Source: an uncultured virus (IMG/VR IMGVR_UViG_3300043101_000273)
Taxonomy: Duplodnaviria; Heunggongvirae; Uroviricota; Caudoviricetes
Strand: one strand, 5' to 3'
Length of the DNA: 64,000 nucleotides
Virus record (IMG/VR): IMGVR_UViG_3300043101_000273
The position numbers and the translations under genes are program-made. Within the stretch, counting starts at the first letter, position 1, and each line of letters begins with the position of its first letter. Below the pieces are notes generated by a model that did not search any database, was not told where the DNA came from, and saw only the letters and a program-made list of their open reading frames with translations. This document shows, piece after piece, positions 31,748 through 42,000 of this stretch.

Positions 31748-32296
31748 ATGAATAAAGTAATAGATAGCGTTGAAAGAAAGAGAATAATAGAAAATAGTAA
31801 TATTGATTTTTCTCAACAGCGTTGGTGCTTTGAAGTAGCAGAATTGTTAAATGTAAGTTATACAGCTGCATATCATTGGATAGAAAGAAATATGCCTGAT
31901 ATATTTAATGATGCTTATAAAGTAGATGACTTAATTGATATTAGAAAGAGTATTATTGAAAACTGTGATATTGATTTTTCAGATAGTAGTTGGATAACAA
32001 AGGTAGCAAATTTATTTGGAGTAACACCTAGTAATGCTTATGTATATATAAGAAAGTATATGCCTGAGTTTTATGAAAATCACTGTTATAATCAGCAAGC
32101 AATTATAAATGAAAGAATTGAAATTGTAAAGAATTGTAATATAGATTTCTCTAAAAATGGTTGGGGTAAAAAGTTAAGTTATTTATTCTGTTTATCTCCA
32201 TCTGCTACTCATACTTGGGTAAAAAGACATATGCCAGATTTCTATAATGAAAAATGCTGTAAAAGAACTAAAAAAACTGTTGTAAAAGGGAGCTAA
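31748..32296 (+). CDS. Helical-repeat protein 6 (3 units, essentially repeat only)
   Basis: Repeat motif, promoter, terminator. Confidence 0.9.
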   Translation: MNKVIDSVERKRIIENSNIDFSQQRWCFEVAELLNVSYTAAYHWIERNMPDIFNDAYKVDDLIDIRKSIIENCDIDFSDSSWITKVANLFGVTPSNAYVYIRKYMPEFYENHCYNQQAIINERIEIVKNCNIDFSKNGWGKKLSYLFCLSPSATHTWVKRHMPDFYNEKCCKRTKKTVVKGS

Positions 32297-32380
32297 TAAA
32301 AGCTCCTTTTTTTATATTTATATTGACAAACAATAAAAAATATGGTATAATATAGAAAAATGAAAGGAGGATATTTTTTA

Positions 32381-32842
32381 ATGGAATATTACGAAGTAGA
32401 ACTATATAATATGATGAATAGTTCTTTAATAGAATGTGAAAATAAACTAAAAATAATCAATAATAAATGTGATTGTAAATTAGAAAGTTTTTATATTAAT
32501 TTACCTCAATATAAAAACAAAACTTCTGAAGCTATTCATAAAATAATAGTTAATGCTATTCCTAAACGTATATATTTCTTTTTAAAACTTAATAATATAT
32601 ACGTAAAAACATATGGTTTTGAAATTTATTTTTTCACAAATAATAAAAAACTTACCAATGAAGATATGTTTAATATCCTTCCATTTGATATAGTTAAAGA
32701 ATTGTATGATAGTTTAGAAAAAATAAGTAGTCCTAAAATTTATAAATATATTTTCTTAAATGAAAAGAACTTAAATTCTGTAAACGAAGAAATAAAACCT
32801 TGTTTTTATTTTCATCGTATAAAGAAGAAAACATTAATATAA
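32381..32842 (+). CDS. Hypothetical protein, paralog of 32867 (start revised)
   Basis: AAGGAGG 32364-32370; shared LKLN...PF[DE] motif. Confidence 0.8.
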   Translation: MEYYEVELYNMMNSSLIECENKLKIINNKCDCKLESFYINLPQYKNKTSEAIHKIIVNAIPKRIYFFLKLNNIYVKTYGFEIYFFTNNKKLTNEDMFNILPFDIVKELYDSLEKISSPKIYKYIFLNEKNLNSVNEEIKPCFYFHRIKKKTLI

Positions 32843-32866
32843 CCTTTTTTAAGGGGATGAAATATT

Positions 32867-33301
32867 GTGTATAAAATAACTGGTAATTATTATTTAAATC
32901 TAACATTACAAGAAAAACTACTTAATTTATGTGATATCCCTATTGCAGAAAAAATATGGTTAAAAGAAGATATTAATATTTTTGATAAAGACTGGGAATA
33001 TACAATGATGGAAAAAGTAATTTATAATTCATTATCTAAAACTCTTAGGTTATTATTAAAATTAAATGGGTTATTATTACACGTTACTATAAATGAATTG
33101 TATATAATAGATTCCAATTATAAATTTTATAAAATAAATGATTTATTGGAAATGTTTCCTTTTGAAGTAATGGAAGAATTTATGAAAACATTAAGTAAAA
33201 CTTGTGAGTTTGATTGCACAGGTTTTCTTTTTAAAAAAGAAGAAAATTATTTAAAAGCACTAAAAGAAATAAATGAAGTATATGCTTTTTTGAAAGAATA
33301 A
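32867..33301 (+). CDS. Hypothetical protein, paralog of 32381
   Basis: ORF with RBS. Confidence 0.75.
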   Translation: MYKITGNYYLNLTLQEKLLNLCDIPIAEKIWLKEDINIFDKDWEYTMMEKVIYNSLSKTLRLLLKLNGLLLHVTINELYIIDSNYKFYKINDLLEMFPFEVMEEFMKTLSKTCEFDCTGFLFKKEENYLKALKEINEVYAFLKE

Positions 33302-33373
33302 GTTGACAAATAGTTAAAAATTAAATATAATATAGATATATATCAACCAATGTTAAAAAGGGAGGATTAACAA

Positions 33374-34192
33374 ATGGACAATAAAGACATTTCAATGTTA
33401 ATAAGAGATTTATTAGATAACGGATATCGTTTTCAGCAGCCAAACAAAAACACAGATATGATATGTACATTATGCCAAAAATATTATAACGGCTGCAACA
33501 AAGGTAGATTGTGTAAAGAGTTTTGTCCTATATCTAGTTTAAACAAATATGTACCAAAAGAAGGTACTGATAATGAACCTATTAAAAAAGCACCTATTCA
33601 AAATGTTAAGAAAAATGAAGTATTTAAAATTCCATATCCTCAATCACTTGATGATATAATTAAAAAGATGCCTACACAGGAGAATATAAAAGATAATAAA
33701 AAAGAAGAATTATCTAAAATTTCTCATTCTCAAACTCTCGAAGAACTTTCAAAATTATTTGAAACTAGTTTTAATAATATAAGAAACAATTTAGAAAGAA
33801 AGGAAACAGAAAAGAATATGAATGAAAAAAAGAATGACGAGCCTGTTAATAATACTTCTATTAATAATACTAAAGATATTGCAGATATTTTTAACAATAT
33901 TCCTGATAAGGAATATAAAGTTCCTGATAATAAAGTTTCTATAAGTTTTCCTAATAATACATACAATAAAAGCATTCTTAGTACTCTTTCAAATAATACT
34001 GAAAGAACTAATATGGAAAATACTATTAGTACTGAATGTAGTCATTGTACAAAGAAAGATGTATGTAAGTATCAAGGAACTAATATAAGTTCTGAAAAGA
34101 TTGCTTATGCTTTGAGTGTTAAATATCCTCATATTGATTTTTCTTCTGTACATTGTAAGTATTACTGTCCAGAACCTATACATTGTAAGTAA
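33374..34192 (+). CDS. Hypothetical protein with N- and C-terminal Cys clusters (putative metal binding)
   Basis: CTLC..C..C..C and CSHCTKKDVCKY...CKYY. Confidence 0.8.
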   Translation: MDNKDISMLIRDLLDNGYRFQQPNKNTDMICTLCQKYYNGCNKGRLCKEFCPISSLNKYVPKEGTDNEPIKKAPIQNVKKNEVFKIPYPQSLDDIIKKMPTQENIKDNKKEELSKISHSQTLEELSKLFETSFNNIRNNLERKETEKNMNEKKNDEPVNNTSINNTKDIADIFNNIPDKEYKVPDNKVSISFPNNTYNKSILSTLSNNTERTNMENTISTECSHCTKKDVCKYQGTNISSEKIAYALSVKYPHIDFSSVHCKYYCPEPIHCK

Positions 34193-34293
34193 TTATTATA
34201 ATTCAAAAATTAAAAAATAATATATTTTATTAAAGGGTGTTTGATTACACCCTTTTTTCTTAAAAAGAATAGTTTTTTAAAAGGTGATATTAT

Positions 34294-34695
34294 TTGTTTG
34301 CAGTAGAAAGAACTCAATTTTTAGAAGCAATTAAATGTAATTACATGGAACAATTAGAAAAAGCTTTAATAAATAAAGAAATTACCAATAATCTTTTTGT
34401 TAAAGGCAATCGATATTATAAAGAAGATGTCTTGACCGCAATAGATAATAAAGATATATATAACAAAATTGTATTAACAGAATATGTATTTGAAATACTT
34501 TATTTTATTGATTTTGATGATATGCCAGATAAGATAAAAATACTTATGAAAATTGACCAATATCAATCAAGATATATATTAGCAGAAATTATAGTAGATA
34601 ATTTTTATAATAAGAGAACAAATAATAAAGAATTAGATAATTTTTCTAATATTTTTATAAAAGAGTTTTTTAAGGAGGAATATAAAAATATATAA
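34294..34695 (+). CDS. Hypothetical protein, paralog of 34698
   Basis: Shared DN.Y.K..NNKE.DNF motif. Confidence 0.8.
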   Translation: MFAVERTQFLEAIKCNYMEQLEKALINKEITNNLFVKGNRYYKEDVLTAIDNKDIYNKIVLTEYVFEILYFIDFDDMPDKIKILMKIDQYQSRYILAEIIVDNFYNKRTNNKELDNFSNIFIKEFFKEEYKNI

Positions 34696-34697
34696 GT

Positions 34698-35084
34698 ATG
34701 GATGATATTTTTTTAGATATAAATAAAAAAGAATTTACTAAAGTGATGAATGGTAATCCTAATAACACAAATGATTATTTCAATATTGGATTGGATATAT
34801 ATAAATCTAATGTTAATGATTATGATTTTTTTGAAATTATGTTTGATGAAGAAAAATATAAAAAAATTATGTTATTAGGGTATATATATAAAACTTTACA
34901 ATTCATGGATAAAAATAATATTATAAAGAAATTTAAATTACTTAGAAAACTTTCATTACAAGAATATTTGTATACGTTATCAATATTTGTTATAGATAAC
35001 ATATATGGTAAAAAAGAAAATAATAAAGAAATAGATAATTTTATAGATACAATCATAGAGCAATATTTTTCAGACTTTAGATAA
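34698..35084 (+). CDS. Hypothetical protein, paralog of 34294
   Basis: AAGGAGG RBS; paralogy. Confidence 0.8.
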   Translation: MDDIFLDINKKEFTKVMNGNPNNTNDYFNIGLDIYKSNVNDYDFFEIMFDEEKYKKIMLLGYIYKTLQFMDKNNIIKKFKLLRKLSLQEYLYTLSIFVIDNIYGKKENNKEIDNFIDTIIEQYFSDFR

Positions 35085-35098
35085 GGAGTATATATACA

Positions 35099-35587
35099 AT
35101 GGCAGATAAAATTAGGTTATATTATATTTCAATTGCATATTCTTACATACATATACTAGATAATATAATTACATTCAATTCGTTATGTTTATACTTAGAT
35201 TCTTATGCTGCTAAAAGAATTATTGAAAATAACGCTATTGTTTTTAGTAAATATAGAATAGTAAGAAATAAAGAATTATTTCTAAAAAAATTAAAGAAGC
35301 ATATCTTTAACCATATTATTACAGGTACTATTAATCTTTCTATTAAAGATAATATATTATTTTTTAATGGAGAAGAATCTTTAGCTAAATTATATATAAA
35401 TAAAGTTCTTACTTCAGAAGAATGTAAAGATATAAATAATTATATTGAAAATAACTTAATGTGTCATATAAAAGTATACGATAAAGAAGTATGTTTTAAA
35501 AATAAAAAGAAAGCACAAGATGTTATTAAATATTTATCTTTTAATCAACAGAAGAATATTTTATATTTTTTTGCCCATGAATATTAA
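35099..35587 (+). CDS. Family B hypothetical protein
   Basis: KKLKKHIF..ITG.I....L.FN...SL motif shared with neighbours. Confidence 0.85.
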   Translation: MADKIRLYYISIAYSYIHILDNIITFNSLCLYLDSYAAKRIIENNAIVFSKYRIVRNKELFLKKLKKHIFNHIITGTINLSIKDNILFFNGEESLAKLYINKVLTSEECKDINNYIENNLMCHIKVYDKEVCFKNKKKAQDVIKYLSFNQQKNILYFFAHEY

Positions 35588-35693
35588 GAAACAACTCCTG
35601 AAAATATTTCTTGGGAGTTTATTTTTATATAAGTTTTATTTGACAAATAATAAATTTTGTAGTATAATGTAAATATCAAAAGGAGATGTAAGT

Positions 35694-36246
35694 ATGAAAA
35701 CTAATTTTTTTTAATATATATTTTTTAGTACAAGTAAAATTGACACCAAATTTTACTTATAGAAGCGAAGAATTAACAACTTGCAATCTTTTATATGATT
35801 TGAAATCAGAAAAAGATATATTGCCTATTCTAAATAAATATGATATTATTAAAATCAATAGATATACAGTTGTAAAGGATAAAGAAAAATTTATTAAAAA
35901 GCCTAAAAAACATATTTTTCCTTTCATGATAACAGGAATTATTAATAGCATTACTGTAAATAAAAAAGGAGAATTATTATTCAATAATAGTCGAAGTTTA
36001 TACAATGAATATGCTAACAATTATTTAACTCTTGAAGATTATAATTTTATTACAAATTATATTGAAGAACAATCAAGGGAATATATAATAATCGATGATG
36101 TTGAAATCTTTTTCAAATGTAAAGATGACATATATAACGCATATAAGGATTTAAAACCTTTTATAAAAGAGAAAGAACGTATGTCTAATTTTTATTATAA
36201 GATATTTAGTTCGCAAGATGTTTTTTCGGGTCATACCAAAATGTAA
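35694..36246 (+). pseudogene. Family B gene with frameshift in T8 run (35705-35712)
   Basis: RBS plus ATG 35694 stops after 6 codons; removing one T joins it in frame to ORF 35740. Confidence 0.65.
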
Positions 36247-36331
36247 GTAGTATAACTTTGATTTATAAAAGACACGATAAATAAAGAAATTTTTAATAAA
36301 TTTACATTAAAACAGGAGGTGGATATCTATT

Positions 36332-36910
36332 ATGGCAAGAAGAAAATTTTTAACTTATCTTTTTTCATCAACAAAAATATCTTCATTGCGTACTCATCCT
36401 CATGTAATTGAAAAATTATTAACGTGTAATGATTTGTATGCGTTGAAATCTAAAGAAGAAATATCACCTATTTTAAATAAATACGATACTATAAAAATGA
36501 ATAGGTATACAATTATAAAGGATAAAGAAATATTTGTTAAAAAACTTAAAAAGCATATGTTCCCTTTCATGATAACAGGAATTGTTAATAGTATTACTGT
36601 AAATGAAAAAGGCGAATTGTTTTTTAATAAAGATAGAAGTTTATATGAAGGATTTGCTGATGGAGATTTAACTCTTGAAGATTGTGAATACGTTACAAAT
36701 TATATTGAGAATCAGTTAAAAGAATATATAATGATTGATGATGTCGAAATCTTCTTTAAAAGCAGAGATGACATATTTAAAGCATATAAAGAATTAGAAT
36801 CTTTCATAGAAGATATGAAAAAGAAAGAATTTGCAAGGACGTATTATACTGTCCTAGTCAATATAAATAGTTCTCGTAGTTTTTGGGGAGACAAAGAATA
36901 TTATGGATAA
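36332..36910 (+). CDS. Family B hypothetical protein
   Basis: AGGAGG RBS; high similarity to 35740. Confidence 0.85.
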   Translation: MARRKFLTYLFSSTKISSLRTHPHVIEKLLTCNDLYALKSKEEISPILNKYDTIKMNRYTIIKDKEIFVKKLKKHMFPFMITGIVNSITVNEKGELFFNKDRSLYEGFADGDLTLEDCEYVTNYIENQLKEYIMIDDVEIFFKSRDDIFKAYKELESFIEDMKKKEFARTYYTVLVNINSSRSFWGDKEYYG

Positions 36911-37444
36911 TAAGAAATTATATATATTTACAAAATTAAAATACCATAAGAAATCTTCTTGTTATACTTCAAGAATAATAACTTGTAATGATTTATATAA
37001 TTTAAAATCTAAAGAAGATATATCCTTTATTATTGATAAATACGATACTATTAGATTTAATAGATATAAAATTGTAAAAGATAAAGATATTTTTTTTAAA
37101 AAACTTAGGAAGCATATCTTTCATTTTAAACTTGCAGGAATTATTACAAGTATAAATGTAAGTAAAAAAGAACTTTGTTATTCAATGAAAGAAGAAGTTT
37201 AGCAGACTTATATATAAAGAAGAAATTAAACCTTAATGAATGTAGATATATTATAAATTATATTGAAAAAGATTTAAACGAATATATAAGAATAGATAAT
37301 ACTGAAATTTTCTTTAAAAAATCAGGGGATGTAGAAAGAATTTATAAATATATATATCCTTTAGCAAGAGAAAATAGATATAATGAAAATTATTGGCAAT
37401 TTCATATGTCAAATACAATTGATATGATAAGTATTTTTAAGTAA
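36903..37444 (+). pseudogene. Family B gene split by a single frameshift near 37165-37175
   Basis: ORFs 36903 and 37175 match N- and C-halves of 36332. Confidence 0.75.
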
Positions 37445-37454
37445 GGAGAATGAA

Positions 37455-37949
37455 ATGTATTATAATTATTATATTGTATTACAAACAAAAAGATATACAA
37501 GAAAAGCGATGACTGCTTTAGATTTATCTGAGGTATTAAATAAACCATTACCAGAAGTAATTGATATAATACAAAATAAAACTAATCATACTTTTAAAAG
37601 TTTTAATATTCAGAATGAAAATATAATTAATTCTTTAAAGAAAAATGCTTTTTATTGTAAATTACAGAATAGAACAATTGTTTTCAGAATATCTCAAAAC
37701 GGGAATTTATTATTTAATGAACATCATAGTTTACAAAATCTCTATTTAGATAAACATATAAAACTTTCTTTAAATGAATGTAAAAAATTAGAAAATGTTA
37801 TTATTGATAATTTTATCTTAGATAAGGATTATAAAATAATAAATGCTAATATGATTTTTACTAAAAGAAAAACTGCGATGGATTTTAAATTATTCTTAGA
37901 AAAGGAATACAATATACATACAGATGTTTTTTGTTTCATTAGGGAGTAA
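37455..37949 (+). CDS. Family B hypothetical protein (divergent)
   Basis: SLKKN..LLFN..SL..LY..L.L.EC motif. Confidence 0.8.
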   Translation: MYYNYYIVLQTKRYTRKAMTALDLSEVLNKPLPEVIDIIQNKTNHTFKSFNIQNENIINSLKKNAFYCKLQNRTIVFRISQNGNLLFNEHHSLQNLYLDKHIKLSLNECKKLENVIIDNFILDKDYKIINANMIFTKRKTAMDFKLFLEKEYNIHTDVFCFIRE

Positions 37950-37967
37950 TAGAAAGGAATATATAAT

Positions 37968-38501
37968 ATGAAGTTATTTAAAGTAGTACAGTTGCCAATG
38001 AACAATTATTCGTTAGAAATATACAAAGATAAATTTTACTTTCATCCTAATGCTAATAAGAGTTATTATGAATACGATTATTTATATAATGTATTGCAGC
38101 AGGAAAATTTAGAAAATATTATATACGATTATGACATAGTTGAATTTAAAGCTTATTCTATAAAAAATAGAAAAGCTTTTAAAATTTTAAAAAAGAAATG
38201 GCTTGCATATATAATAACAGGTGACTTAAATATAAATGTTCTTGGAAATAGGAATAGTAATTATTTAATTTTCAACGGGAAATTTATTACTCTTGATGAA
38301 TTATGTTATGACAATACACTTACTTATAAAGATTGTAAGAAAATGATGAGAGATATAGAAAAATCTTTAGTTTTAAATGAAGATTACTCTATAAATGAAA
38401 TTAGCTTTTATTTTAAAAAGAAAAGTCAAGCAATGGATTTTATTCATAGAGTAGAAAATTTAACTAAATATCAGTTTGGAATTGATACCTTAAATTTTTA
38501 A
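37968..38501 (+). CDS. Family B hypothetical protein (divergent)
   Basis: LKKK..IITG..LIFN..FKKKSQAMDF. Confidence 0.8.
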   Translation: MKLFKVVQLPMNNYSLEIYKDKFYFHPNANKSYYEYDYLYNVLQQENLENIIYDYDIVEFKAYSIKNRKAFKILKKKWLAYIITGDLNINVLGNRNSNYLIFNGKFITLDELCYDNTLTYKDCKKMMRDIEKSLVLNEDYSINEISFYFKKKSQAMDFIHRVENLTKYQFGIDTLNF

Positions 38502-38594
38502 AAATATATATTAAAAAATACAAAAGATAATATTCTTATAGTAAAGAAATTTTTTAGAGTTACAAATGGAAATTTCATGAAGGAGTTTTAAGTA

Positions 38595-39149
38595 ATGATT
38601 TATTTTACAAGTGATTTACATTTTGGACATAAGAACGTAATTAGTTTTGATAATCGTCCTTTTGAAAACATTGAAAAAATGGATGAAACTATAATTACTA
38701 ATTGGAATAAAACAGTAAATAAGAATGATACTGTTTATATTCTAGGAGATATTTCTTTTTATAATAAGACAGAACAAGTTGTTGAAAAGTTACAGCAATT
38801 AAAAGGTAATAAGATTTTAATAAAAGGAAATCATGATAATGAATATTATAAAAAAGAAATTTTTAAAGATTGTTTTATTGATATAAAAGATTATTATGAA
38901 TTTAAATATAATCATAAATATTTTATTTTATCACATTATCCTATGATGTTTTATAATCATCAACATAGTAATGGAATTATGTGTTATGCACACGTACACA
39001 ATTCACAAGAAGAAGATTATATAAAGAAATTTATATTAGATTTAAAAAATAATGATATTCCCTGCAATATGTTTAATGTAGGAATAATGAATACTGAATA
39101 TAAACCTATTTCTATTGATGAAATAATAAAAAAGATGGAGGACAAATAA
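38595..39149 (+). CDS. Calcineurin-like metallophosphoesterase
   Basis: FTSDLHFGH, LGD, GNHD, HYP, AHVH motifs. Confidence 0.92.
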   Translation: MIYFTSDLHFGHKNVISFDNRPFENIEKMDETIITNWNKTVNKNDTVYILGDISFYNKTEQVVEKLQQLKGNKILIKGNHDNEYYKKEIFKDCFIDIKDYYEFKYNHKYFILSHYPMMFYNHQHSNGIMCYAHVHNSQEEDYIKKFILDLKNNDIPCNMFNVGIMNTEYKPISIDEIIKKMEDK

Positions 39150-39586
39150 TGGCTATAATTTACTATTGTTTAATAATTGTTATAAATTTTGCATATTTAG
39201 AAAGAAGAAAAAATTATCTTGTTAAAGAAATTGAAAATAAAGGAACAAACATTAGAGCGGTTACTTATGTAATGTATTCTCTTTTAAATCTTTTTGTATC
39301 TTTAATACCATTTATAAATATAGCAATATTATATTTTGTTGTATTTGAAAGAGAACTTTTAGATAAGATTTTAAAAGGCATGATTAATTTTGATTTAGAA
39401 TATAATTCCAAGAAAGAAGAAGTAAAAAAAGAAGAAGTAAATCAGGAAGAAGAAAAAGAAATTGATGAATTGTTAGAAAAGTTAAAGACAGATAAAAAAA
39501 CAAAAACAAAAAGAAAATCTAAAACTCCTGCTTCTATAAAGATATATGAAGAAATTACAGGTGACGACATTCAAATAAAAAAATAA
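39149..39586 (+). CDS. Putative membrane protein
   Basis: Two hydrophobic segments; GGAGG RBS; terminator 39590-39618. Confidence 0.75.
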   Translation: MAIIYYCLIIVINFAYLERRKNYLVKEIENKGTNIRAVTYVMYSLLNLFVSLIPFINIAILYFVVFERELLDKILKGMINFDLEYNSKKEEVKKEEVNQEEEKEIDELLEKLKTDKKTKTKRKSKTPASIKIYEEITGDDIQIKK

Positions 39587-40370
39587 AGAATAAAAGCTAC
39601 TTTTTAAGTAGCTTTTTTATTATAAATATTTAAAAAACTGGAGCGGGAATTATTTTTATAAATATTATTTTTATATCTTTAATTTTCTTATCAACTGGGT
39701 CAATAAGAAATTGTTTATTTTTGTAAAGAATACATAAGGAAAATTACCCGATGTATAAAGAATTACTGAAAATAAAAAACATGATTCAGAAGTATTGACT
39801 TTTCAACAAACTAGTAGTATAATAATAACTGTAATGAATAAGAAGTGATTATAAAAAGTAATTATAAAAAATGATTATTATATAACGTTTTAGAATCACT
39901 GAACAGTCAGGTATAAAAGCATTAAGTACTAATAATTTTTTACTAATAATCTTTTACTAATGTTTTTATATTAGACTGAGTAGTGAAAAAAACATAATAA
40001 AAACTTATTTTTACGACCCTAAAATAAATATATCTTTAGATATAACTCTTAAATGTAAGATGCTTTATAAGGGGGTAAAAAATATTTCTAAAGAGGTCTT
40101 TAGGAAACATATTTTTAATATATAAATTAAAATACACATTAAAAAATATTTTAAAGATAAGTTAATAAAATCAAATCTTTTCATTATAAATACTTGTAGC
40201 GAAAATCAAATAAAGATTTTCTAAAAATATTATATAATTATTTTAAAAATTTTTCAAAAAAAGTACTTGACAAATCATAAAAAATAATGTATAATAAACA
40301 AGTAAAGTCGTGAAAGACTTATTAAGAATAAATGTTATTCTTAATTGAACATTGAAAATAAATATAATTT

Positions 40371-41046
40371 GCACAACTGGTGGAATGGTATACACAAAAG
40401 ACTTTTGTCTGTCCTATAATATTGTTGTAATGTAAAATGGGGGTAATTTTTCAAAAAGTTACATCTTTTACCATTTTGAATATATATGTATTTTACATTA
40501 CTTGCGTAAACAATATTATACTACAAATTCTAAAGATTTGTAGAGAGTGCCTAAAGCGAAAGCTTTAGAGTAGAAGTCAACTAAACGGTGAATGCGGACA
40601 GAAAATACCGTGCCAATTCTTTTATTAAAAATTATTTTAAAGAAGAAGTGCGTAGAGGCTATACATTGACAACCTAAGTGATTGTAAAGATATTTCAAAT
40701 TATAAAGCAATATTTGTTCATAATATTTGTTCATATTGTAGAAAATATTAGACAACCTCCTTTTAGTAAGTTAAAAATTAGTGATATATGTGTGTTTTTG
40801 TTTTCTTAAAAATAGTTGTTAGTTTTTTCGATTTATAATTTGTTATGTTTTTGCCAATCATATGGTTAAGATAGAGTCCAGACCACAACATTTGTAAAAA
40901 ACCATTTTTTATAAAACATACCTCCAAGCATGTTTATCAGTAAATAATGTATTGCAATAAAAGTTACAAATGGCTATGGTGACATAGTGTGGTACGAAAA
41001 TCTTTCGAGGGTAATCCTCATACGGGTTCGACTCCCGTGTTGTGCA
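40371..41046 (+). tRNA. trnL: tRNA-Leu(TAA), exon 1 40371-40404, exon 2 40997-41046
   Basis: GCACAAC/GTTGTGC acceptor, AAAGA/TCTTT anticodon stem, joined loop CT-TAA-AA, long variable arm GAGG/CCTC, ACGGG-TTCGACT-CCCGT. Confidence 0.9.
40405..40996 (+). ncRNA. Group I intron (592 nt) in the tRNA-Leu anticodon
   Basis: Exon ends in U, intron ends in G; P3 GTCAA/TTGAC, P4 ACGGT/ACCGT, R-like GTAGAGGCTAT, S-like AAGATAGAGTCC, P9 ACCAC/GTGGT; no convincing ORF; P1 not resolved by eye. Confidence 0.85.
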
Positions 41047-41049
41047 TTT

Positions 41050-42000
41050 TCAGTATAGAATATTCTGTACTGATATTCCTTGCAGGGATAAAAAAAGACT
41101 ACGGTCTGCGAAAACATCAGATAATTTCATTATATAGATATTATCTGAAAACCATTACAAAGCGAAAACCAAACAAATAAAAAAGTGATGGTTAGTGCCC
41201 TTAGAGAACGTAGCTAACTCTCTTAAACAACAAGTGCTGTGATAAAGGGCAAATCTTAATAAATAAAAGATATAATAAAAAGGCTATTTTACAAAACCTA
41301 TTGATTCTTTCCTCAGAATCGTATCTTATCCCTTTGGTTTATTATATTGCCCTATTAGGGTAGTATATACAACACTTATTATATCTATTAAAATTAAGAA
41401 GTTCATAAGAGTATGTATTTACTTTTTGAGAACTGCATAAGATTAACGACCTTATGTGAATTTTATCATTCTCAACGACTGACTGCTAATATGTATTTAT
41501 TGGTGGCTTTGAGAATTAAAATCTTATTCTTTAGTAATGTGAATAAGAGTATTATTTAATAGTCTTATGAAATGAGGACACCCTAATAATACAAGTATCA
41601 TTACAGCTAAAACTTCCCTCTTGGGAGTTTGTTATTCAGCCTTTATGTTTTGATATTTTTCTCGTAAAGGACGTTTGACTGTACTACTGTGGGGACTTTT
41701 GTTTTCCTAAAAAAGCGATGTGGTTCAAGATGTATATCTTACCGCCGAATAATAAAACCTATGGAATTATAGGGTGTGTATATGTAGAGTACTCTATGTA
41801 TATGCTAACGGTTCAGAAACAAGTGATTGTAATTATGAGTAAGGAAACCTAAATCTTTTTTAGAATTAGTTCTTTTAAAGACATGGCAATACCGTGCTAT
41901 TTACTTAGTAGTGTGCATAATCTTTTGAAAGAAAAGATTATTAAGAATAAATAAAATACACTTATTCATTCAAGCATAATATGACTTCACAGTAGTATAA
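41050..42000 (+). ncRNA. Candidate large structured non-coding RNA downstream of tRNA-Leu
   Basis: ORF-free, more GC-rich than flanks, dense hairpins, 14-bp long-range helix GTACTACTGTGGGG (41681-41694) with CTTCACAGTAGTAT (41985-41998). Confidence 0.6.

Noticed and set aside
40516..41180. ORFs 40516..40755 and 40989..41180 as homing endonuclease or protein genes
   Set aside because: Overlap intron core and tRNA exon; no HNH, GIY-YIG or LAGLIDADG motif
41690..42000. tmRNA or a second complete group I intron
   Set aside because: No tRNA-like ends or T-arm; no recognisable P7 elements or flanking exons
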